From Octopus bimaculoides (Eukaryota), in NCBI RefSeq assembly GCF_001194135.2, contig NC_068987.1, forward strand, positions 44,250,061 through 44,314,060: a stretch of DNA of 64,000 nt, written 5' to 3'. The notes below the pieces were generated by a model that had not been told where the DNA came from, searched no databases, and worked only from the letters and a program-made list of their open reading frames with translations. Each line of letters starts with the position of its first letter. Position 1 is the stretch's first letter. Of this stretch, positions 1 through 11,432 are shown piece after piece. The position numbers were made by a program, and so were the translations under genes.

Positions 1-70
1 TGTGTGTGTGTGCGTGTGCACGCGTGTCTGTGTGTGTATATATATGCATGTGAGTGTATGTTTGTGTGTC

Positions 71-278
71 TGTGTTTGTCTCCCTAACATCGCTTGACAA
101 CCGATGCTGGTGTGTTTACGTCCCTGTAACTTAGCGGTTCGGCAAAAGAGACTGATAGAATAAGTACTAGGCTTACAAGGAATAAGTACTGAGGTTGATT
201 TGCTCGACTAAAGGCGGTGCTCCAGCATGGCCGCAGTCAAATGACTGAAAAAAATAAAAAGAATAAAAAAGAATAAAA
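71..278 (+). mobile_element. SINE family A, 3' half (downstream of its internal microsatellite)
   Basis: Sequence gtaacttagcggttcggcaaaagaga...cagcatggccgcagtc matches the 3' parts at 51180-51310 and 36770-36870; it is preceded by a TG/TA microsatellite at 1-70. Confidence 0.75.
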
Positions 279-299
279 GGGGAATATCGCGTATACGCA

Positions 300-480
300 A
301 AAGCATGAAGATGTACTCACATGTGTGTATATATGCATGCATGTATTTGTGTGAGAGCGTATATTTGGACATCAGTGTACGTATGTGTGCTTGCAGTGTG
401 CTTAAATGCTCAATATGCGCTTGTGTATACATAATTACCTACACACATGGATGCATACTTACATGCATACATACATACAT

Positions 481-518
<38 letters not shown>

Positions 519-545
519 AAGTACGTTTTTGTATGTATGTGTTCG
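300..545. repeat. Compound (TA)/(CATA)n/(TG)n microsatellite
   Basis: Directly visible; accounts for the spurious HT/CV-rich ORFs. Confidence 0.9.
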
Positions 546-714
546 TGTGTTAGAATGTGTAAATGGATCACTTTGTACATTAAACAGACCTCGTCTCTCG
601 AAACAGCGTCATTGTTGTTCAAAATGTGATACTAATCGTGGGGAGCGATGGTGGCGTGGGTGGAGAGGGAGGCGATGGGGATGGTGGCTATGTCCTTTAG
701 AAGTTTCGCAATAG

Positions 715-1435
715 TAATGTTAACAGCAGCAGCAGCAGTAATAGTAGTAGTAGTAGTAGTAGTAGTAGTAACAGATGCGATCGAGATACTGATGATGACG
801 ATGATTATGATGATGATCGTTTAGTAGTTGTTGACTGCTATTTCTTGAAGGTCAGTCGACTACATAGAATCTCCCATGTTGTTTGTAGTTGTTGTTGCTG
901 CTGTTGTTGTTGTTGTTGTTGTGTAACCCCAAACCAAAGTTGATCGAGCAGAATTATCTGTAAAGGCCTTCCAGCCATGACCATCTCATCTTTGTACGGC
1001 TGTGTTGGAGTACATTATCAAATATGTCCCTTTCTTTCCTTTCTCCCCCTCTTTTCCAAGACGGCAAGATGTTATTTGAACGGGATTTGGCTGATATTTT
1101 TAGCAGGTCGACTGACTACAAAGACAATGTCGTTATAAGTATTGTTCTTATTAATTTTGCTTTCGTCGTCATCGTCGTCGTCGTGGATGTTGTTGTTGTT
1201 GTTGTTGTACTTGTTCTTGTTGATGATGATGATGACGACGACGACAACGACGACGACGAGGAGAGGGTGGTGGTGGTGGTGGTGGTGGTGGAGGCGGCCG
1301 CGGCGGCGATGGTAATGCTTATAATGATAGTGTTACTGTTATTGTCGTTGTTGATGTTGTTGTTGTTGCACTTGTTATTTTGTTATTGCTTTTATTGTTG
1401 CTTCCACTCGAAACAACAACAACAACAACAACATG
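715..1435. repeat. Trinucleotide repeat field (AGT, GAT, GTT, GAC, GGT, CAA) interrupted by fragments of a dispersed repeat at about 835-885 and 925-1130
   Basis: Repeats are visible. The motif gctatttcttgaaggtcagtcgactac (about 837) recurs as gatatttttagcaggtcgactgactac (about 1092). Confidence 0.7.
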
Positions 1436-1702
1436 ATTTCGACGTGTCGTCTGATTTCTGCGCTCTTAATATATGCTAAAGATTGCCGTCAATTCTTCCT
1501 CGATTCACACCCAACTACCATTACAAAGGAAGGATGCACGGTGCATTCTAGAACTACATTACTTCCTCCTATGCCTGAAATTAAAACGGGTGGCCACAAC
1601 AGGCTTACCTTTCGATAATACGTAAGTTCCGCCCCTACCGGTGTTGACTTAGAGCAAAGCGACAACAGCACCAGTAGCAACTACTACTACTACTACTACT
1701 AC

Positions 1703-1762
<60 letters not shown>

Positions 1763-1775
1763 TAATAATAATAAT

Positions 1776-2250
1776 AATCCTTTCTACTATAGGCACAAGG
1801 CGCCTGGATATTGTGGGAAGGGTGACTAGTCGATTACGTCGACTCTAGTGTTTCATTGGTACTTAATTCATCAACCCCCGAAAGGAATTTGAACTCAGAA
1901 CGTAGTGGCAGACGAAATACCGCTAAGCATTTCGCCCGGCGTGCTAACGATTCTGCCAGATAGGTCGATTAGAATGACCCCAGTGCTCAACTGGTCCTTA
2001 TTTTTATCGACCCCCGAAAGAATGAAAGACAAAGTCGACCTCGGCAGAATTTGAACTCAGAACGTAAAGACGGACGAAATGCTACCAAGCATTTTACCCG
2101 TCGTGATGGTTTCAAATTTTGGCACAAGGCCAGTAATTTCGGGCGAGTGGGTAAGTTGATTATATCAACCCCAGTGATCAACTGGTACTTATTTTATCGA
2201 CCCCGAAAGTCGACTTCGGCGGAATAATAATAATAATAATGATGATGATG

Positions 2251-2294
<44 letters not shown>

Positions 2295-2507
2295 CCTTCC
2301 TACTATAGGTACAAGGTTTGAAAATTGGGGGACGGGTATAGTCGATTATATCGACCCCAATGTTTCCCTGGTATTTAATTTATCCACCCCGAAAGGATGA
2401 AATGCAAAGTCGAGCTCGACGGAATTTGAACTCAGAACGTAGTGATGGGCGAAATATTGCTAAGTATCTCGTCCAGCGTGCTAACGATTCTGCCAGTTCG
2501 CCGCCTT
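1776..2507 (-). mobile_element. Stack of four SINE family B copies (1776-1959, 1960-2104, 2105-2224, 2291-2507)
   Basis: The shared core cgaccccgaaag...gtcgac..ggcggaat occurs in each copy, mostly followed by ttgaactcagaacgt. On the minus strand the head is aaggcggcgagctggcagaatcgttagc, with a B-box-like gagttcaaattcc. Confidence 0.85.
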
Positions 2508-2781
2508 CTCAATAATGATGATGATGATGATGATGATGATGATAATAAGGGCGAAAGAGGGGGGACAATACAAAGACAGGCATCTAAATCCCTCTCAAAG
2601 GAGACTGGACAATNNNNNNNNNNNNNNNNNNNNNNNNNNNNNNNNNNNNNNNNNNNNNNNNNNNNNNNNNNNNNNNNNNNNNNNNNNNNNNNNNNNNNNN
2701 NNNNNNNNNNNNNNNNNNNNNNNNNNNNNNNNNNNNNNNNNNNNNNNNNNNNNNNNNNNNNNNNNNNNNNNNNNNNNNNNN

Positions 2782-2815
<34 letters not shown>

Positions 2816-3124
2816 TTAGAATTCTAGAAAATAGCAGCTAAGTTTCATCAAATCACATTATGATTTTCGAACTAGAAAAAAATATACTGGGTAATGTTGT
2901 CTTGGATATGTAATATCAGGAGTAAAGGGGAGGGCGGTTAAGGTTGGAATGTGTTTGATTATGGACCTACTCAACCAAAGCTGACCTGTGGCTAAACAGT
3001 AACAATAAGTACGGCAACAACAAATATTAAAATCAACAACTGCAACATAGCACACTCCACACATATATATGTTTTCAAGCAGAAACCCATCCGACCGTGT
3101 GGCTATGTGGATTCATCTAGACGT

Positions 3125-3126
3125 AA

Positions 3127-3183
<57 letters not shown>

Positions 3184-3972
3184 GATACATACATACATAC
3201 ATACATACATACATACATACATACACACATACATACATACATGCATACATACAGACAGGCAAAGAGACAAACAGATACCACTCACGAAAATACTCACACA
3301 CTTTACATATACACATACGTTACAATGAGAGACCTTCTAAATAGTCGCAAAACATTGCGATGAAAAAATCGTCTCCTGCTGCCTAAGAAACGGGTGTACA
3401 TCTTCCGGTGTAAATTTTCACAAGATTTTTGTTGAAGACATACTATTAACTGCTACGACAGGGAATCGAAACCTTACGAGGAAACGTGATATATTTCTCT
3501 TTGACTGTAAGGAAATCATTTAACTCAAGCGAAAGTGGAGGAGAAAGTTTGATGGCAATGGAATTGTCATTCCCATGGCACAAACGGAATTATGCCTCTT
3601 GCACACACGCACGCGCACACACAGGCACAAACACACACACAAACACATACACACACATGCACACGCGCGCGCACGCACAAAACACAAATATATATACATA
3701 CACATGTATGTATGTGTGTGTGTATTTATATATATACACACACATACATTCGTACATATATACATAAAGGCATACATACATACATACATACATACATACA
3801 TACGTACATACATACATACATGCATACGTACATACATGCATGCATACATACATACATACATACATGCATGCATGCATGCATACACACGTTCGTACGTATA
3901 TGCGCACACATATGCATACATACACACTTGTCTTAATGCTTATTTGAACACTCACATATACATGGTTTATGA

Positions 3973-4020
<48 letters not shown>

Positions 4021-4093
4021 NNNNNNNNNNNNNNNNNNNNNNNNNNNNNNNNNNNNNNTGGGGGGGTGTTTGTGTGTGCGTGTGTGGAGAAAT

Positions 4094-4141
<48 letters not shown>

Positions 4142-5060
4142 GTACACACACGTGGCACAATATGTGCATACACCGACGCTAACATATGCACATTTAAAAC
4201 ACACGCGCACAAACACTTGGTGTACACACATACGTATTACCACACACGCAGATTCATATACAGACAAACCAATAAGCATACACAAAAACACATGGCTCAA
4301 ACGTCACCTCTGACGTCAGAACTAATACAATTTCTTACAACCAATCAAAAATTAACACTCCACAGTGTATGTGTGAGTGTGTTCAAGTTTGTATGTACGT
4401 GAGCACATGTCTGTGTGTATTTACGTGTATGTATGTGTGTATGTGTACGTGTGTATGAATATGTGTATGCGTGTGCAAGATATGTCTGTATATACATACC
4501 TTTAAGTATGCACAGGTGTGTACATATGTTCCTGTGTTTATGTATACGTGTATGCACAATGCGACTGTCTATGCCGGAATGCTTGCATATATTGGTATGT
4601 GTGCATGTGTGTGTACGTGTGTGCACGTCTGTTTGAGCGCGCATGAATGTGTGCGTGTGACATTATCCACACCTGCATACTCATATGCAGGTGTATTCTG
4701 CACCCGTGTGTTATGTCAACATTCACGCCCGCATATCTATTTATGTATGTAATTTTCTCTCTATCTCTCTCACTCTCTACCCTCTTTCTCTCTCTCTCTC
4801 TCTCGTTCTTTCGTTCTTTCCCTTTCTTTTCTTCATTGTTCGCTGGCATGTGTCCGCATGTTCATATATGTATATCTGTACTCATCTATACATGTATATA
4901 TTTGCGTGCATCTGTCTGTGTGTATTTGTGTGTTTGTGCGTGTGTGTATATATATATATATATATGTTTTCTTGTCTACGTTTTGTTTGCAATGTCCTGT
5001 ACCCAGATATGCACCTATACATACAGGTGGATGTCGGTATGCACATACCTGTACGTATAT
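3125..5060. repeat. Extended compound microsatellite region (CA, GATA, CATA, GA, TG, TA)
   Basis: Directly visible; includes the N-gap at 4021-4058. Confidence 0.9.
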
Positions 5061-5191
5061 ATGCATATACTCATTTACTATTTGTTTTTACATGACCGAA
5101 CGCAGCGTCACCATTTGTAAGTAGTTATCGCAACTTTATATTTTCCGACGCTACCCTATCTCTTTCTCTTTCTCTTTTTCTTCCTCTGTCA

Positions 5192-5305
5192 TTTTCCCCC
5201 TCTCGTTCTTCCTCTGTTTACTACTACGTATCTCTCTTTACCCCTCTCGTTCTTCCTCTGTTACTACTACGTATCTCTTTTTCCCCCCTCGTACTTCCTC
5301 TCTTC
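5192..5305. repeat. Pyrimidine-rich tandem repeat of about 42 bp, about 2.5 copies
   Basis: cccctctcgttcttcctctgtt(t)actactacgtatctctttt occurs twice, plus a partial third copy. Confidence 0.8.
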
Positions 5306-6130
5306 CTCTTTTCCTTTCGTTGCTCACCTATTCTTCTACTTCCTCCCTTTGTTNNNNNNNNNNNNNNNNNNNNNNNNNNNNNNNNNNNNNNNNNNNNNNN
5401 NNNNNNNNNNNNNNNNNNNNNNNNNNNNNNNNNNNNNNNNNNNNNNNNNNNNNNNNNNNNNNNNNNNNNNNNNNNNNNNNNNNNNNNNNNNNNNNNNNNN
5501 NNNNNNNNNNNNNNNNNNNNNNNNNNNNNNNNNNNNNNNNNNNNNNNNNNNNNNNNNNNNNNNNNNNNNNNNNNNNNNNNNNNNNNNNNNNNNNNNNNNN
5601 NNNNNNNNNNNNNNNNNNNNNNNNNNNNNNNNNNNNNNNNNNNNNNNNNNNNNNNNNNNNNNNNNNNNNNNNNNNNNNNNNNNNNNNNNNNNNNNNNNNN
5701 NNNNNNNNNNNNNNNNNNNNNNNNNNNNNNNNNNNNNNNNNNNNNNNNNNNNNNNNNNNNNNNNNNNNNNNNNNNNNNNNNNNNNNNNNNNNNNNNNNNN
5801 NNNNNNNNNNNNNNNNNNNNNNNNNNNNNNNNNNNNNNNNNNNNNNNNNNNNNNNNNNNNNNNNNNNNNNNNNNNNNNNNNNNNNNNNNNNNNNNNNNNN
5901 NNNNNNNNNNNNNNNNNNNNNNNNNNNNNNNNNNNNNNNNNNNNNNNNNNNNNNNNNNNNNNNNNNNNNNNNNNNNNNNNNNNNNNNNNNNNNNNNNNNN
6001 NNNNNNNNNNNNNNNNNNNNNNNNNNNNNNNNNNNNNNNNNNNNNNNNNNNNNNNNNNNNNNNNNNNNNNNNNNNNNNNNNNNNNNNNNNNNNNNNNNNN
6101 NNNNNNNNNNNNNNNNNNNNNNNNNNNNNN

Positions 6131-6266
<136 letters not shown>

Positions 6267-7059
6267 GTGTGAGTTGATAGGGACAACAGATCCAAACAGG
6301 TACCGTTCAAACACTCTAGTATAATCCAAGCTAACCGCATCGAATGATATGAATAACTTAAGACTTTTAAGGTACACAATCTCAACGTATTCCACCCGAT
6401 GGGTAAATCCTGAGTTCGATTCGTTGAATTACAAACAGTTTACTGAGTGTATCTCCAACACAATTCAAGTGGATAAGAAGATTATACATCAACACAGTTT
6501 TTATTATTATAGTCATTTATACAGTATACTCTCTGTAATCCTTTGTCCAACATATGTTTCTGCTACTGGATATCTTGCTATGTGGTTTTTATTTGCATCC
6601 TGTTGGTTTTTCTGCATCCAGATTTTATCCCGATTAAAAACGTATTCACACAGCTTTATCCAAAGTGCTGCCACAATTAAAGTTTGAAACGAACTGGCGT
6701 ATAATGATTTAAGTCATTTGGTGGGGAGGGGGAGACAATTAGTTGTTGAGTGCAAAAAATAAGAGACAAAGTATGAGAAATCTGATATGGCCATGAATTC
6801 CGTTATCAGATCAACCTTAAGATAACCCTAAGGTTTAGCTATAGAATCATGGGTGCCAAGTATTAAACCAGATCAGAATATATTTCATCCACTAACTTTA
6901 AGCGGAATAGATAGGAATAATTTTTCTGAGAGATGTATACATTGAGGATCACTAAGTCAAATAGAATTTAAAGACATAAGATACACAGAATTAAGTTGTA
7001 ATGGCGTGGCATTGTTCATAATATAGTAGATTACTTCCACTTAGAACCCTAGAACCCCT

Positions 7060-8345
7060 AGAATCAACCTGAAAGACCATAAGCCAAACTTCGCCATTAA
7101 ACTATCCGTCAGATTGATATGCCCCTCTAAATAAGATTTACCAGACTAAGGTATACACTTAAATTGAAGTGTATACCCAAACTAAGGTATACCCAAACTA
7201 AGGTATACACTTAAATTGAAGCTACGGTCCAGTTCTTAAGAAGCAATAGATTGGTTCACTGATATTTTGGATAAAGAACATACCAAATTCATTCAATTTG
7301 ATATATCAAACTATTATGCCTCTACTAAACCCATTCTTTTCAGCAAAACTCTAATATTTCCAATGAGAAACTCTAGTCGGCCTTTGAAAAATTTGAATAG
7401 CATTTTACCATGTTAACATTAAATATATATATATATATATATATAATGTTAACATTGTAAAATGCTATTCAAATTTTTCAAAGGCCGACGTTTATCTGTC
7501 TCCATTGAGGAAGGACATAGTAAACTTCTTAGACGTTACTTTGGATTTGAATACAGGCGAATATCAACCATAACACAAACCCAATGATATATTAGTTTTA
7601 ACTCAAATCACCCGCCAAAATATTTCGATCCACATTTCTAGATTATCCACGAATGAGATCTTTAGAAGTTATGAAAATATTATACTAATGCTCTAACAGA
7701 ATCAAGATATAAGGCTAGGTTAGTATATATACCTAGGAACGAAATAAAGGAACGTATGAGTGGAAACATGGCTTCGAACCCAGCAGTTACTGATAACAAG
7801 GACAGTATAATAAGAGGAAAAACCACCGCAAGGGAAGTGCGAACTCTGCTAACAACGCTTGGAATCGCTATAGTGCAAGTAGTCGTATAATGGGCCGAAT
7901 TACAAATATAGATAATACTAATATAGGCAAACGAGATAACAAAAGTGCAATTAAATCCCCTAGAAAAACTGATAATCTATGCAATACTAGGTTGGGGACC
8001 AAAAATAAGAGCAATCCCCTTAATGAAAAGAATATATCGATTGATGCTGATAGAGGCAAGAACTGCAGCAAAATTGCAGATAAACCTAAAAAGACAGATA
8101 ATTTGCATGAAAATAAGCCAAGTTTCAAAAATATTAATGACCCACACAAAAAAATATGAATAAATCGAGAACTATACTGTGGTTTAATGCAATATTAGGT
8201 ATGCAGATAAATACTAACATTCCCGCAAGATTTTTCACCACATTGGATAAGCATTTCTCAAAATCGAGTAAGTTCAGTAGGATCTTCAATTGGCACACGA
8301 GTAGATTTGCATTTTCCACATACAACAATTCCGAGAATGTCTGAA
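7060..8345 (+). mobile_element. Decayed Penelope-like element RT/thumb fragment (Naiad-like lineage)
   Basis: Hand-translated pieces include INLKDHKPNF, EAIDWFTDILDKEHTKFIQFDI, IVNFLDVT and NKSRTILWFNAILGMQINTNIPARFFTTLDKHF...IFN. These motifs parallel the copy at 61445-62930. The clade label is from memory. Confidence 0.75.
7376..7489. repeat. Near-perfect palindrome: 46-bp arms (1 mismatch) around an (AT)n centre
   Basis: gtcggcctttgaaaaatttgaatagcattttaccatgttaacatta (7376-7421) is the reverse complement of 7444-7489 except at one base. Confidence 0.95.
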
Positions 8346-8597
8346 TTCCATGATAAAAACGTTAGTAAAGTAGATAAAAAATACTAATCATAACGATAAC
8401 AAACACGAACAACGAGCAAAACATATAAATAGTGAATCTTCAGCCAATAGGGTAGGTAGAGTTAATATCACTAAAAATCTTTGAAGCAGTAGGAAGAAAA
8501 TGTGCCCTCTTAACGGATAGTGATTGAGGAGAAATATAGTGTACAGATATATAAGGTTGCATCAGGTAGGATTTCACACTGTTATATAGGAGCCTAT

Positions 8598-8812
8598 AAG
8601 GCGGCGAGCGGGCAGAATCGTTAGCACGCCAGGTTAAATGCTTAGCGTCATTTCGTCCGTTCACGCTCTGAGTTCAAATTACACCGAGGCTAACTTTGCC
8701 TTTCATCCTTTTGAGGTTGATAAAATAAGTACAAGTTGAGCACTGGGGTCGATGTAATCGTCTTACCCCCTCCCCCGAAATTTTTGGCCTTGTGCCAAAA
8801 TTTGAAATCGTT
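8598..8812 (+). mobile_element. Full-length SINE family B copy
   Basis: aaggcggcgagcgggcagaatcgttagcacg...ctgagttcaaatt...gcctttcatccttt...ggccttgtgccaaaatttgaaa; reverse complement of the copies at 2291 and 15435. Confidence 0.9.
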
Positions 8813-9234
8813 ATATTGGAGCCTGCCCAACTACCTTCAAGGCAAGATTAGGTAATCACCTAGCTTCCTTCAAATATAGAGAGAAAATGCATAGTACAAG
8901 CTTAAGTGGGTTTATTTGGTCCCTAAAGGATAGAAACACTAACTGTGATATAAAATGGGATTTAATTGGCGGACGAACCCTATGTAATTGTAAGTAAGAA
9001 TTGAAATTGATGCCTGGAAGAAATATTCCATGTTTTCATGTCTGAATACCAATTATTAGACAATAGCCAAGAATTAGCCCTGAAATACGCACATCATCAC
9101 AGAAAAACATTTAAATGTTTCCCTAGAAAGGATTTTTCATTACGTATCACACAGACTGGTGATACTGAGAGTTTACATGGACAATATTAGTGAATTAACT
9201 AGTTTGCCTTTATATTCTATTAGTAAATTATATC

Positions 9235-9470
9235 CCACTCCAATTGTTTTTGATATTTTTTTATCGTAACCTGGTCACAGGTTATGCTCATGTCAGTCAA
9301 TAAACAGACTTTATTGTTTTGGTCTTTCACAACAATATCTGGTTTATTTGCTCTGATAGTCCGGTCTGTACCTACTAGAAAATCCCAAAGAATCGTTACA
9401 TTTTCTCCCTCAGTTACAGCCTCAGGGTGATGTTTGTACCATTTGTTGTTGTTTTTTTACCTGTTTCCCA
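9235..9470 (-). mobile_element. R4/Dong-type LINE, RLE endonuclease fragment
   Basis: Minus-strand translation KWYKHHPEAVTEGENVTILWDF..TDRTIRANKPDIVVKD carries the RLE PD motif. Confidence 0.75.
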
Positions 9471-10069
9471 AGCGATTCATATATCGACTCGCTCGCGACT
9501 TCAACTATTTATCCTAACACTTCACATATGGAATACTCTGTCAGATATCTTGGAGGATGTTATCTACATTTAGATCTAAGGTTGATTTGCATAGTTAAAA
9601 ATTCTGATTTCACTGTAGGTGGAAATAATTTACTATATTATGAACAATACTTCGGCCTTACAAGTAAATTCTGTGTATCTTATACTTACTTTAAAATTCT
9701 ATTTGACTTAATGACCTTTAATGCATACATCTATCACGGAAACTATTCCTATTTGATCCGCTTAAAGCCAGTAGATGAAATATGTTTTGAGTGAGAGATT
9801 TGTCGATCCAAAAGTTGAGTTATTTCTCATAGCTAATTAAATCTTTTGATTAATTATATATAAATTCCTTCCTCCTGGGACGTGAATTTCGAAAAACAAA
9901 TCCGTTTTTTTTCTCGAGGACGCACCGTTTTCTCTATTACACAACTTTGTAAATGAACAATCTGGTCTGATTGTTTTAATGGCCTACTAATGTATACAGT
10001 GCATTTCTCTATCCTAGGTGTCAGGAAAACACTCTGCAAGAAATGGAAACAATTGAAAGATGACAATGA

Positions 10070-10070
10070 A

Positions 10071-10138
<68 letters not shown>

Positions 10139-10245
10139 CAATAATAATAATAATAATAACAACAACAACAACGACGACAACGAGACGATGATTACAACGA
10201 CGACGACGACGACGACTACGATGATGATGATGATGATGATGAAAA
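10070..10245. repeat. (AAT)n/(AAC)n/(GAC)n/(GAT)n array
   Basis: Directly visible; lies immediately upstream of an R4 fragment. Confidence 0.95.
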
Positions 10246-10254
10246 GTATTAATG

Positions 10255-11120
10255 ATAATGGAAAGTAACAGTAGGAGATAGGGAAACCAAAAAGCCAAAT
10301 GAAGTTAAAAACCAGAAAAAAGAACAGTTATATGACTGGCAAGAGAAAGCTTTGCATGGTAGATTTTCAAAGAAAGCGGCAAAAACAGTTATAGGGAGGC
10401 ATAGCTGTGGTTGCAGAAAGGAAGGCTGAAAAAGGAGATAGAGAGTTTGTTAGTAGCAGCACAAGATCAAGCATTGAAGACTAATTGGATAAAAACCAAG
10501 ATAGAAAAAAAAACAGGTAGATTCTCAATGTAGGTTATATAAATCAAGAAAGGAAATTGTTACTTGTATAGTAAATGAATGTAGCAAGAAAAGACATGAA
10601 AACCTAGAAAGAATAATCCACTGGGAGTTATGTAGAAAGCTAGACCAAACTGATAAGTGGCATGAACATGAACCCAGTAAAATGCTAAAAAGTAAGAAAT
10701 ATAAGAAGTTGTAGGTCTTCAATATTCAGACTGACAGAATAATAAAAGTTAGAAGGCCTAATTTAGTAGTCGTAGACAAAGAGAATAGAAAGTGCCAGAT
10801 AATTGACTTAACAGTCCCAAATGATGAGAAGGTCAATATGAGAAGTATAGAGAAAGTAGCAAAGTACTTGGACTTAACCATTGAGTTACAGAGGCTATGT
10901 AGTTATAGGTGCATTAGCAGCTATCCCTAAAGATTTGAATAGATGGATAAAGGAAATAGACATAAAACCTAGTTTAGTGCAGCTTCAGAAAACAGTGTTA
11001 TTAGGGACAGCTAGGATAGTTAGAAAGGTTCTTGGCATCCGAGGTTACTTGTAACCTGATGTTTGGAATATTTCCAACAGTCTAATCTGTTGTGCGTACA
11101 TGAAATAATAATGAAAATAA
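10255..11120 (+). mobile_element. R4/Dong-type LINE 3' fragment (zinc-knuckle relic, RLE, 3' UTR, AAT-like tail)
   Basis: Translated motifs WQEKALHG, LLVAAQDQALKTNWIK, IIHWELC, RRPNLVVVDKENRKCQIID and LQKTVLLGTARIVRKVL; ends in aataataatgaaaataat. Confidence 0.85.
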
Positions 11121-11121
11121 T

Positions 11122-11432
11122 GTACGCTTGAACAGAACTCCATCATTCCACAATCTCAAAAATGTTGTAAAAGAAATTCTTATGGGTGCAAAGACTAGTT
11201 ACTCATAAATATAATGATTTTAAAAAATTGCCGCAGCAAAAACAAGAACCTGAGTACGTATGGATAGACTACAGGAAAGCCCTTGATTTGTATAAGATCT
11301 TGATTTGTATAAGATCTTGATTTGTATAAGATCTTCCCTGTCCTCTCTTACGAAATAGCATGGCCAAATGGAACACACGTCTCTTTCTAAGCCATAGGAA
11401 TAATTTGATGAGCCAATCCAATAGCATCAACA
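11122..11432 (+). mobile_element. R4/Dong-type RT fragment with an internal 17-bp triplication
   Basis: Translated motifs NSYGCKD, KNCRSKNKNL, WIDYRKALD, LYKI and SMAKWNTRL. CTTGATTTGTATAAGAT occurs three times at 11282-11332. Confidence 0.7.

Noticed and set aside
1030-1110. Strong pyrimidine tract plus AG suggesting an exon
   Set aside because: The downstream sequence belongs to a dispersed repeat, with a related motif at about 837.
1482-1621. Possible exon ending at a strong donor (ac|gtaagt)
   Set aside because: The acceptor lacks a pyrimidine tract and the peptides are unrecognisable; insufficient support.
208-5120. Numerous ORFs rich in HT, CV, YI, LS or poly-N/V/I residues, here and throughout the window
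   Set aside because: They are translations of di-, tri- and tetranucleotide microsatellites, not proteins.
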